From the NCBI GenBank assembly GCA_965197895.1, contig OZ240232.1, forward strand, positions 2,389,522 to 2,453,521: a stretch of DNA of 64,000 nucleotides. Reading direction: 5' to 3'. Under the pieces are notes generated by a model, which saw only the letters and a program-made list of their open reading frames with translations, did not search any database and was not told the origin of the DNA. This DNA comes from Candidatus Versatilivoraceae bacterium. GTDB lineage: Bacteria; Acidobacteriota; Terriglobia; Versatilivoradales; Versatilivoraceae. This document shows, in pieces, positions 52,824-61,826 of the stretch (position 1 is the first letter of the stretch; each line of letters opens with the position of its first letter). The translations under genes and the position numbers were made by a program.

Positions 52824-54605
52824 TTATCTCGGAGGAGGCACCCGCCGCCTACTGCCAGCGATGAGGACCAGGGCTGTGGCTGCAATCAGCAGAGCGATGA
52901 GGCTGCCCGCATTCATCCAGCCCAGTCGGCAAAACCACACGAAAGAGTAACCCAAGGCCCCGGCGAGCAAGGCATAGTAGGCGAAGGGAAGCAGGGTCAG
53001 GCGAATGATGGCGCCTTCCTTGCCGACCAGGCCGGCCACCGCCGAAGCCGCCACCACGTTGTGAACACAAATCATGTTGCCGGCGGCGCCCCCCACCGCC
53101 TGCAGTGCCACCATCCAGATAGGATCGGCGCCGATTCGTTCTCCGACACCGAACTGGAACAGGGAGAACATCATGTTGCTGACGGTGTTGCTGCCCGCAA
53201 CAAAGGCGCCCAGACCTCCGATGAAGGGAGCGAAAATCGGCCAGGCGGTCTGGGTCAGGGAGGCAACACCGGCGGCGAGCACGATGGGCATTTTGTCGTA
53301 GCCGGCAGCGCCTCCACCCGAGTTGATGAATACCTGGACCATTGGGACGGTGAAGATGAGTGCTACCGAGGCTGCCGCCGTGGTCTTGGCTGAGCGCAGC
53401 CAGGTGGCGCGGTATTCGGAGAGACTCAGCCGATGAATCCGGCAGGTCAGGACCGAGACCAGCAGGAAAATGGTACCGGGCAGATAGAGAGGCTGAACTC
53501 GTGCCGAGATTTCGGTGTCCAGGATCTGTGGAATGGAGATTGTCCAGCCTGTGACCCAATCCAAAAAGGGAAGGAATTTCAATCGGGTGAGCACAAGCAG
53601 CAGGCCCACCAGCAGGTAGGGAATCCAGGCTTTGAGCAGTCCCATGGGCCGGGCCCGAGCTTGTCCCTCCTCAAGTTGGACGGATCCGGTCCAGTCCCGA
53701 GCCCAGTTCTCCCGGGTGTCAAAATCCCAATGATCGTCGGGTTTCGGCATGAAAATACCTTTTTTGGCGGCAATCATCACCAAGGCCAGGCCGGTAAGAC
53801 CTCCAAGCAACGAGGGAAATTCAGGCCCCAGGAATTTGGCCACAGCCAGATAGGGAACCGTCATGGCAAAGGCGGCCAGGAGGGCGAACGGCCAGACGCG
53901 CAGTCCTTCCGCATAGGATCGGTTTTTGCCAAAAAAATGGGTCATGAGGGCCAGCACGAACAGCGGCACCAAGGTTCCGGCAATGGTATGGAGCAGCGCC
54001 ACCCGGAATCCAATCTCCGAGAGAAAACCGCTCCAGTCGGCAAAACCGGCCTGTAGGGCGAAGGCTCTGGTGGAGGCATCGGCGGAGAGGCCGCTGTTGA
54101 CGCCAATCAGGATCGGTGTTCCGACGGCCCCGAACGAGACGGGTGTGCTCTGGATGATCATTCCGGCCATGACTGCGGCCATGGCCGGAAAACCCAGTCC
54201 AACCAACAAGGGCACGGCGAGGGCTGCGGGAGTTCCGAATCCGGCTGAGCCCTCGATAAAGGAGCCGAATAACCAGGCAATAATCACCACTTGAATCCGG
54301 CGGTCGGGGGTCACGTCGGTGAACCCGCTTCTGATGGCCTGGATGGCTCCACTTTGCTGCAGGGTGTTGAGCAGCAGGATGGCTCCGAAGATGATGTAGA
54401 GCAGGGTTGCAGCCACGACCACGCCGTTGATGGAAGCAGCTGCCACTTGCCGGACCGGTACTTGCCAAACCAGGAGGCACAAGGCCGCAGCCACCAGATA
54501 GGCGATGGGCATCGCTCGGCGCGCCGGCCATCTTAAAACCACCAACAGCAGTGCCACTGCAGCAATGGGTAGGGTGGCCAGAAGAGAAAGGGCAATGGGT
54601 TTCAA
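52824..54605 (-). CDS. L-lactate permease (LctP family)
   Basis: [36 protein letters not shown]. Confidence 0.92.
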   Translation of the reverse strand: MKPIALSLLATLPIAAVALLLVVLRWPARRAMPIAYLVAAALCLLVWQVPVRQVAAASINGVVVAATLLYIIFGAILLLNTLQQSGAIQAIRSGFTDVTPDRRIQVVIIAWLFGSFIEGSAGFGTPAALAVPLLVGLGFPAMAAVMAGMIIQSTPVSFGAVGTPILIGVNSGLSADASTRAFALQAGFADWSGFLSEIGFRVALLHTIAGTLVPLFVLALMTHFFGKNRSYAEGLRVWPFALLAAFAMTVPYLAVAKFLGPEFPSLLGGLTGLALVMIAAKKGIFMPKPDDHWDFDTRENWARDWTGSVQLEEGQARARPMGLLKAWIPYLLVGLLLVLTRLKFLPFLDWVTGWTISIPQILDTEISARVQPLYLPGTIFLLVSVLTCRIHRLSLSEYRATWLRSAKTTAAASVALIFTVPMVQVFINSGGGAAGYDKMPIVLAAGVASLTQTAWPIFAPFIGGLGAFVAGSNTVSNMMFSLFQFGVGERIGADPIWMVALQAVGGAAGNMICVHNVVAASAVAGLVGKEGAIIRLTLLPFAYYALLAGALGYSFVWFCRLGWMNAGSLIALLIAATALVLIAGSRRRVPPPR

Positions 54606-54914
54606 GGATGCACCTGGCAGGAGCTTGATCCGGGTTGAGCGGACAAGTTCCGGGGGAAGTCTGGCGACGGAGCTGCCGATTCCTTCTGGGGGAAGCCGTG
54701 ATAGGCCTTAGCGCGGATTTTTGTCACAAATTTGACCATCGGTTCCCTGCATCTGAAAACTTTTGTGGCCAAGGGATTGGAACAGATTCCGTGGAAGAAA
54801 CGTATATCGACTTACTCTAACACCAAGCCACCTGAGTTTGAAGGCTTCTCCGTGTTGTGGTCTCCTGTCCCACCGAAGACTCTCCTGGACTATCCTTTCG
54901 CCTGCTCATGTCGG

Positions 54915-55078
54915 CAAGGCGGTTTTTTGTTTGGCGCTTGGTAGGGCAAAACTGAACGGGGAGGTCGTATTGTAACGTCGCGATGGGCGGTTGGAGAGCG
55001 ATCAGCAGGGATTTTCGCCGCTGAGCCGGAGGCGATGGGGTGGATTCGAGGGTTAATACAGAACAAAAAATGGCCTTG
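54915..55078. mobile_element. 164-bp ISAs1-like MITE
   Basis: Ends CAAGGCGGTTTTTTGTT / AACAAAAAATGGCCTTG, exact 10-bp TSD CTCATGTCGG; body matches ~10090-10225 in reverse. Confidence 0.85.
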
Positions 55079-55215
55079 CTCATGTCGGGAGGCTCATTTA
55101 CAAATCGCTGGTGGCGTGCTAATCTCCGTCTCGTCCCATCCCTGGGGCCGGGCCTGTTGCCGGATGCGAAATGGGGCGCCGGGAAAAGCCAACCCCTCAG
55201 CCCCCACCTCATCCA

Positions 55216-55304
55216 GCCGGAGTGGCGGAATTGGCAGACGCACTAGACTCAAAATCTAGCGTGGGTTACCCCACGTGGGGGTTCAAGTCCCCCCTCCGGC
55301 ACCA
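55216..55304 (+). tRNA. tRNA-Leu(CAA)
   Basis: GCCGGAG/CTCCGGC stem, CTAGA-CTCAAAA-TCTAG anticodon arm, long variable arm, GTTCAAGTC, CCA. Confidence 0.95.
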
Positions 55305-55395
55305 TGTTTTCAATACGTTGCAGCATCCGTTCACAAAAATTTGTCGCCATCGGGCCATCCATGCTAAGTTGACTTCCTAAGGGGAGGCGCATCCC

Positions 55396-55731
55396 GTGAG
55401 TATCATGGTCGCTGAAGTCTATAAGGCGCTGATCGAAGCCGGAGCATCCGAGGACAGCGCCCGAGCCGCGGCCAGCGCCATCCCCGTTGCCAAAGACCTG
55501 GGCACCAAGCAGGACATCGCCGAGCAACGTGCCGAGCTGAAGCAGGACATTGCCGAGCTTCGCGCCGAGCTGAAGCAGGACATTGCCGAGCTTCGCGCCG
55601 AGGTGAAGCAGGACATCGCCGAGCTGAAGTCGGACTTGAAAATCCTGAAAGCCATCTATGGTCCGGTGGTGATTGGCCTTCTGTTAGCCATTGCCGGGAT
55701 GGTGTTCAGGCTCGTCTTTTTCTCAGGCTGA
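55396..55731 (+). CDS. DUF1640/CCDC90-like coiled-coil membrane protein
   Basis: EVYKALIEAGASEDSA head, KQDIAELRAEL repeats, C-terminal TM helix. Confidence 0.75.
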   Translation: MSIMVAEVYKALIEAGASEDSARAAASAIPVAKDLGTKQDIAEQRAELKQDIAELRAELKQDIAELRAEVKQDIAELKSDLKILKAIYGPVVIGLLLAIAGMVFRLVFFSG

Positions 55732-56091
55732 CCGCTCTAAACCGCCTCCTCCCAAGGAATCGAACCAGGGGTTCCGAAACGACCTCGATTCATCATCCGG
55801 TCGCTCCCCCTCGCCTTGGGGTCAGACCTTGTTATTTGTTGACAAGGGCGGGGGTAACGGAAGGATCAGCGGCATGGCCGGCCGCGTAGCCACGCCGCTG
55901 ACCTCGGCAGCGCTACGAGAGCTATCGGGTCGGCTGGGTCTGGGACGACCCAAGAAGGTCGGCAACGTGACTGGTTGAGTCGACCGAGAGGTGGCCAAGA
56001 GTCGGAAGCTGCGGGAAGAGGGACGAGGAATCGGGGTAGAATCCTTGAAAAACAAATAACAAGGTCTGACCCCATCTTACGATGTTTCAGT

Positions 56092-56985
56092 TCAGGCGGC
56101 CGGCAGGAAGTCCAACAGTTCAGTGATCAATTTCTCCGGCGCTTCCTCCGGGATGAAATGGCCGCAATCAAGCGCGCGGCCGCGAACATCCTCGGCGCGA
56201 GCCTTCCAGACGCTCAGCATGTTGAGAGCGGAGCCGGTTTGCCAGCCCGGCCGCTTGGGCATATTGCCGGCCCACAGCACCAGGACGGGACACGACAACC
56301 TGGTTCCGCGGTCGGCATCGTCGTGCTCCAGATCGAGCTTGACGCCCCGGTAATCGGCGCAGCTTGCCCTGATAGTCTCGGGATTGGAGAAACAGCGCAG
56401 ATATTCTGCGTAGGCCTCGTCCGTGAAGGCGCCCGGGACCGCACTCCAGCGATCGAGAAAAAAATCGAGAAAGAGCTTGGCGTTGCCGGCGATCACGGTT
56501 TCCGGGAACGGCGCGGGCTGACGCATCAGATGCCAGTGAAACCAGGAGAACGCCAGCGAAGCGTCCATGTTCTCGAAGGCTTCCTGGGACGGGACCACGT
56601 CCAGATTGGTCAGGCTCAGTACCTTGTCCGGATGGTCCAGCGCCAGGCGCAGCCCGACCCGAACGCCGCGGTCGTGCCCGACCAGGTGAAAGGTCTCAAA
56701 GCCCAGCGTCTGCATCACCGCGACCTGGTCGTTGGCGGAGGTCCGCTTGCAGTAGGTCGAAAGGTCGCCGTCCGAGGAAGCTGGCTTGTGGCTGTCGCCA
56801 TAGCCGCGGAGATCCGGGCAGACGACGCTGTAGCGTTCCGCCAGGCGCGGCGCCACCTTATGCCATTCGACGTGGCTCTGCGGATATCCGTGCAGCAGCA
56901 ACAGCGGCGGTCCCGAGCCGCCGTGCCGGACATTGATGCCGCAGCCAGCGGCGTCGATCCGTGATCTTTTGAAATCCTCGAACAT
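56092..56985 (-). CDS. Haloacetate (fluoroacetate) dehalogenase-like alpha/beta hydrolase
   Basis: LLHGYPQ, GHDRG, WFHW, CADYR, GHFIPEE. Confidence 0.85.
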   Translation of the reverse strand: MFEDFKRSRIDAAGCGINVRHGGSGPPLLLLHGYPQSHVEWHKVAPRLAERYSVVCPDLRGYGDSHKPASSDGDLSTYCKRTSANDQVAVMQTLGFETFHLVGHDRGVRVGLRLALDHPDKVLSLTNLDVVPSQEAFENMDASLAFSWFHWHLMRQPAPFPETVIAGNAKLFLDFFLDRWSAVPGAFTDEAYAEYLRCFSNPETIRASCADYRGVKLDLEHDDADRGTRLSCPVLVLWAGNMPKRPGWQTGSALNMLSVWKARAEDVRGRALDCGHFIPEEAPEKLITELLDFLPAA

Positions 56986-57425
56986 GGTTTGCCTCCGTTC
57001 CTTTGCCGCTCTCAGCCGCCGACAACGACCCGGGACTCATTGAGATTTTCGGTCGCCCGGGCGGGGAATGATTCCGCCGCGGCCGCAACGGCCCCTGAAA
57101 GACAAACTCTATTTTACAAGCAGATAGACCGGCTACCGTGCCTATCTCGTGTTATTGGCGACCCGATGCGGCCGTTGGGTGCGCAGCTCCCGCTTCCAGC
57201 CGTCCCGATTTCGGCTCTCGAACCCCCCGACTGGCAGCCTGCAAGCGCCTGCCGAAGATCGCATCCCTCCTGCTTGAAAATCCAAGGGTGAGCCCGCTGG
57301 CTGGAAGCTGAAGCCTTCACTGTCAGAAATCTACGACAGGTCCGAGCTTGGGCGCCAGTTGGTTCTGCTCCCCCTAAGTCCTTTATTACCAAACTGATTC
57401 CAAAATGGACTTCGTGCTCCAACAA

Positions 57426-57441
57426 TGGCACGGCACTTGCA
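57426..57441 (+). promoter_or_regulatory. Putative sigma-54 (-24/-12) promoter
   Basis: TGGCACGGCACTTGCA matches TGGCACG-N4-TTGCA exactly, about 80 bp upstream of ATG 57520. Confidence 0.7.
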
Positions 57442-57519
57442 TGTATGGCTATGTAGCAAGCTTCGGACAACAAGGTTGGCACGGAATTCAAAACGAATGG
57501 AATGGGATCGGAGGGAACC

Positions 57520-58110
57520 ATGACGAATACCAACACAGGTAATGGCAAACAATCGAGAATAGCTAAAACCGTAGCGATGCTGCTGCTATTGGTCCTGTTG
57601 TTTTCGGCCCAGGCGCCGGAGGCGGCGGCCATATGGTGGATCAAGTCGGACTGGTCCAAGGTGCAGGCAGTAACGCCCGGAACACGGACCACGGTGTTGC
57701 TCTATAAGGACCTGGCCCCACGGGGAAAAAGGAAGATCAAGGGCCACTTGCAATCGGTTACAGCCGACGCCGTAACGCTCTTGCTCCCGGATGGGCAAAC
57801 ACGTACGGTGGCGAAGGAGGACGTGCGCAGGGTTCTGGTCCGTCGTCCTTTCAAAAAACGATACCAGGGATGGGTCACTGCGGGGATTGCCACCGCGATA
57901 GCGGCGCCGCTGTTTGTGGCCTGGCCGCCAGCTGCGATCCTCTATATTGCAGGGGCACACGTCGCCCCGGCCACAGCCATAGGTTTCCTGGTTGCCCCGA
58001 AGAAGGGAGGCATTTACAACGTGCCTCGCAATCACTCAAAGAGCAAGACCCAAGCAACCTCCAAGCGCCAGAGGCCTTTTCGCGAGCTTTTCACCAAGTC
58101 GCGGAAATAG
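57520..58110 (+). CDS. Exported/membrane hypothetical protein
   Basis: GGAGG RBS, signal peptide, Sm/SH3-like middle, hydrophobic C-terminal segment. Confidence 0.75.
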   Translation: MTNTNTGNGKQSRIAKTVAMLLLLVLLFSAQAPEAAAIWWIKSDWSKVQAVTPGTRTTVLLYKDLAPRGKRKIKGHLQSVTADAVTLLLPDGQTRTVAKEDVRRVLVRRPFKKRYQGWVTAGIATAIAAPLFVAWPPAAILYIAGAHVAPATAIGFLVAPKKGGIYNVPRNHSKSKTQATSKRQRPFRELFTKSRK

Positions 58111-58232
58111 CGGCCTGGGGAGCCGATCGGGTGTTGCGTTTTTGACTGAGTGGGAGAGCCATTGGGAGCTGGAAACGAAGACGGTGTTCCTGAAAGTCTT
58201 TTTGATCTGGCCAATCGAGATCGGAGGATACC

Positions 58233-58748
58233 ATGACGAACACCAACACAGGCAAAGGGAATCAATCCAGGGTGGCCAAGGCAGCAGGGGTGTTCCTGCT
58301 GCTGGTTTTTGTGAGTTTACCCCTGGGGGCACAGTCTCGCCCTACGGAGCTCCGCTTTCACGTGGGAAGAGCCGGCTTTCTGGAGGATTCCGGGCACGTC
58401 TCGGCCGGGGCTTCCTACCGCCACTACTTCGGCCGGCGCGGCTGGGCCCTTGAACCGGAATACTCATTCATGACCGAAGGAAGCCACCGGGACAACATGC
58501 TGATCCTGAACGTGGTCAAGGACCTCACCAGGCCTTCGAGGCGTGCGGCACTCTACATGATCATGGGAGGTGGGATGAACTTCTCTCGTTCGAGGATGCG
58601 CTCTGCGAAGGGGTTGGGAGGCCTCGGATGGGGAATGGGACTCAAGGAATGGGCCAGTGACCGTTTCTTCGTCTCTCCCCAATTCCGCATCGGGCGCGAG
58701 CCCGCTTTCCGATTCTCCTTCTACCTGGGGTTTACGTCCCGCCGTTAG
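58233..58748 (+). CDS. Small outer-membrane beta-barrel-like protein
   Basis: Signal peptide; alternating aromatic/hydrophobic strands, terminal FSFYLGF. Confidence 0.65.
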   Translation: MTNTNTGKGNQSRVAKAAGVFLLLVFVSLPLGAQSRPTELRFHVGRAGFLEDSGHVSAGASYRHYFGRRGWALEPEYSFMTEGSHRDNMLILNVVKDLTRPSRRAALYMIMGGGMNFSRSRMRSAKGLGGLGWGMGLKEWASDRFFVSPQFRIGREPAFRFSFYLGFTSRR

Positions 58749-58765
58749 ATTTTTGGGAGGCTATC

Positions 58766-59311
58766 ATGTTTCGTGCACAGATCTTCCTGCTTGGCCTGGT
58801 CACCACCTTTATCCTGCTCCAGCAGCCTATCCATGCGCAGCCGCGCAGAGTCGACCTGCGGGCACACTGGGGTCACACCTACGGCTTGGAAGACACGCCA
58901 CCCCAGGCCTGGGTGGGCGGTGGGTCGGTGACGGCCGCCGTCGGTCCGAGGCTGCGGCTTGGCGTGGAGGTGCTGCATGCCAACCTGTTCGGCAAGCACC
59001 ATCAATACAAGCGACGAGCCACACTCGTCACGCCGGTGGCAGAGTACGAGTTTTTGCCCGGCTCGCGCTTCAATCCGTACATGGTGGTCGGACTCGGATA
59101 TACCCGCTATCGCACGCTCGAACCCAACCCGAGGCATTTCTTCGATCCCTCACTACCGGAGTTCTATTGGAGGAAGCAGGGCGGCATCAACCTGAGTGGC
59201 GGGCTGGGTGTCCGGCTGTTCTTGACCAAGCACCTGTTCCTGGCCCCGGAAGTGCGCATCGGCCTGGTTCCGCTGCTACGTTCGACGGTCTCGGCCGGCT
59301 TTGCCTTCTGA
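58766..59311 (+). CDS. Small outer-membrane beta-barrel protein
   Basis: Signal peptide, FNPYMVVGLG, C-terminal AGFAF (terminal Phe). Confidence 0.75.
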   Translation: MFRAQIFLLGLVTTFILLQQPIHAQPRRVDLRAHWGHTYGLEDTPPQAWVGGGSVTAAVGPRLRLGVEVLHANLFGKHHQYKRRATLVTPVAEYEFLPGSRFNPYMVVGLGYTRYRTLEPNPRHFFDPSLPEFYWRKQGGINLSGGLGVRLFLTKHLFLAPEVRIGLVPLLRSTVSAGFAF

Positions 59312-59585
59312 ACCCCTATTGCGCCGGCATTCAAATTCAAGTCCGGACATTGAGCCAGTGGAAGTCTCCGTCGGCGAGGAACATCGTTCCTATCGACGGA
59401 GGGCTTGGAAACCATCTCAGGTGGGAGTAACCAGGGACCCTGGGATGCACCAGAAGATGTATCCCGTATTGAAAACCGTAGCGGTCCGCACCAAGCTCCT
59501 CGTTTGGTATTCCGAGGCGAGCGGCCGAGGAAACCCAACGGTGGGTTGCGCAAATGGTACTTCATTTAGTACTATGTGCGTTGTT

Positions 59586-59840
59586 ATGCGAGCGAAGCAG
59601 CGGCTTACCCTGGAGAGAATGTTCAATAAGCCGACGCCGACAGGGATCCGGTGGGCCGATATCGTCTCCATGTTAGAAGCAGCAGAGGTGGAGGTTTCCC
59701 AGCGTTCGGGGTCACGAGTGCTCCTGAAGAAGGGAGCGGAACGGATGGTGATTCACCGGCCGCACCCGGAGCCAGAGACCGGAAGAGCGACGGTGCGCGA
59801 CATCGCTGTGTTCCTGGAATCCTTAGGAGTCAAGCCATGA
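59586..59840 (+). CDS. hicA: HicA family toxin
   Basis: IRWADIVSML...GSRV...HRPHP. Confidence 0.85.
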   Translation: MRAKQRLTLERMFNKPTPTGIRWADIVSMLEAAEVEVSQRSGSRVLLKKGAERMVIHRPHPEPETGRATVRDIAVFLESLGVKP

Positions 59841-60169
59841 TGGAATACAGGGGATACACCGCTACGGTAGAATTCGACGATTCTGTGGGACGTCTCCACG
59901 GACGGGTCGTCAACAGCGGTGCCTATCCAATCGCCACCTTTGAAGCAACCGACATCCAGGGGATTCAGCGGGAGTTCCACCGCTCCATCGACGAGTACCT
60001 CAAATCCTGCAAGGAAGATGGCGTCGAGCCCCGGAAGCCTTTCTCAGGCAAGCTCAACCTTCGGCTCGGGCCAGACTTGCATCAACGTGTTGCGCGCTTG
60101 GCGGCAGAGAGCGGCGTGAGCCTGAATCGCTGGATCGTGCAAGCGCTGGAAAAAAGCGCGTTGCGATGA
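59837..60169 (+). CDS. hicB: HicB family antitoxin
   Basis: MEYRGY...KPFSGKLNLRL...SLN; ATGA overlap with hicA. Confidence 0.88.
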   Translation: MMEYRGYTATVEFDDSVGRLHGRVVNSGAYPIATFEATDIQGIQREFHRSIDEYLKSCKEDGVEPRKPFSGKLNLRLGPDLHQRVARLAAESGVSLNRWIVQALEKSALR

Positions 60170-60366
60170 TCGAAGTTCCCTACCTGGCAGGTGATGCCAG
60201 GAGTCTGCGCTGTAGAACGCTTCCGGGGCCTTCTCGTGGAATATGATCCCTATTATTGGCGATAAGTCCGCTGGAACAAGCATCTACTACCCTATTCACG
60301 GCAAAATATAGCCCTTTTTATGGAAGGCTGTCCCTGATATTTTTTTCGGCCCAGACTCCCAGGCCT

Positions 60367-61800
60367 TCAGGCGATCACTTCCCCGATTACCCGGCCGTGG
60401 ACGTCGGTCAGGCGGAAGTCCCGGCCGCTGTAGCGGTAGGTCAGCTTCTCGTGGTCCAGGCCCAGGAGGTGCAGGATGGTGGCGTGGAGATCGTGAACGT
60501 CGACTCTGTTCTCGACGGCCTTGAAACCAAAGTCGTCCGTGCTCCCGTAGGTCATTCCGCCGCGCACACCCCCACCCGCCAGCCAGACCGAAAAGCCCCA
60601 GTGGTTGTGATCGCGGCCGTTCTGGACCACGCTGGCGCCACTGGTCTCCACCACCGGGGTTCGGCCGAACTCGCTCCCGCAAATGACGAGGGTATCTTCC
60701 AGTAGTCCCCGTTCCTTCAGGCCTTGAAGCAAGGCTGCCATGGCTGGGTCGGCTTTTCGAGCCAGCCGTTGGTGGGCCATGATGTCGTAGTGGCTGTCCC
60801 AAGGCTGTCCGACTCCGAAATAGACTTGGACCACCCGGACCCCTCGTTCCACCAATCTCAGAGCCATGAGGCAGCCCCGGGCGAAATCTCCCTTTCCGTA
60901 GCGCTCCAGGGTGAGGGGACTTTCCTTGGACAGGTCAAAAACGTCGGGTGCCTCGACCTGCATGCGGTAGGCAATCTCCATGGAATGAATGCTGCCCTCC
61001 AGTTGGGGATCGGCGGGGCGTTCCTTCCGATGCAGCTGGTTCAGCCGATCCAGGAGGTCGAGCTGGCGACGCTGCTGGCGGGGTGTCAGGTTTGGATTGC
61101 GAATATCACGAATGAGGTCGTCCGGGGTTTTCTGATCGTTAGGAATGCGGGTCCCCTGGTAAACCGCAGGCAAAAAGGCCGAGTTCCAGAGGGGAACGCC
61201 TCCGGTAGGGGGACCGCCTGAAGGACAGAGCACCATGAAACCCGGCAGATTCTGGTTCTCGGTGCCGAGGCCATAGGTGATCCAGGACCCCAGCGAGGGA
61301 CGGCGCGGCTGCAGGTGACCGCAATTCATCAAAAACATTCCCGGGGGATGGTTGGGGACGGCCGTGAACATGGATCGAATCACACAAATATCGTCGATAT
61401 GTTCAGCCACTTGGGAAAAGAGTTGGCTGACTTCAATCCCACTCTGTCCGTACCTTTTGAAGTGGAAAGGTGAGCGCATGAGATTGCCGGTCTTGCGCTC
61501 GGTCTTGACGTATCCCCCCGGCATGGATTGGCCGTGATGCCTGGTCAATAGAGGCTTGGGATCGAAGGTGTCGACAGAGGAAAGACCTCCGTTCATGAAG
61601 AGAAAGATGACGCGCTTGGCTCTGGCGGGGAAATGGGTGGGTTTTACGGCCAGTGGCTCAGCCGCGCCAAGCAAGGGAGCGGCGCCTAGCCAGGGGTGCC
61701 CTAACAGGCTGGCGTAGCCGTAGAGTCCGAAGCCGCCGCCAATCATCCGGAGCCAATCGCGGCGGCTCACGGAAGGTTCAGGGGACTTCAAGGTTGACAT
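60367..61800 (-). CDS. DUF1501 family protein
   Basis: Tat-like SRRDWL, AKRVIFLFMNGG, WDSH, SEFGRTP, DLHATILHLLG. Confidence 0.9.
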   Translation of the reverse strand: MSTLKSPEPSVSRRDWLRMIGGGFGLYGYASLLGHPWLGAAPLLGAAEPLAVKPTHFPARAKRVIFLFMNGGLSSVDTFDPKPLLTRHHGQSMPGGYVKTERKTGNLMRSPFHFKRYGQSGIEVSQLFSQVAEHIDDICVIRSMFTAVPNHPPGMFLMNCGHLQPRRPSLGSWITYGLGTENQNLPGFMVLCPSGGPPTGGVPLWNSAFLPAVYQGTRIPNDQKTPDDLIRDIRNPNLTPRQQRRQLDLLDRLNQLHRKERPADPQLEGSIHSMEIAYRMQVEAPDVFDLSKESPLTLERYGKGDFARGCLMALRLVERGVRVVQVYFGVGQPWDSHYDIMAHQRLARKADPAMAALLQGLKERGLLEDTLVICGSEFGRTPVVETSGASVVQNGRDHNHWGFSVWLAGGGVRGGMTYGSTDDFGFKAVENRVDVHDLHATILHLLGLDHEKLTYRYSGRDFRLTDVHGRVIGEVIA

Positions 61801-61826
61801 CTTGTCTACTCCTCAGCGGCCGTCTC

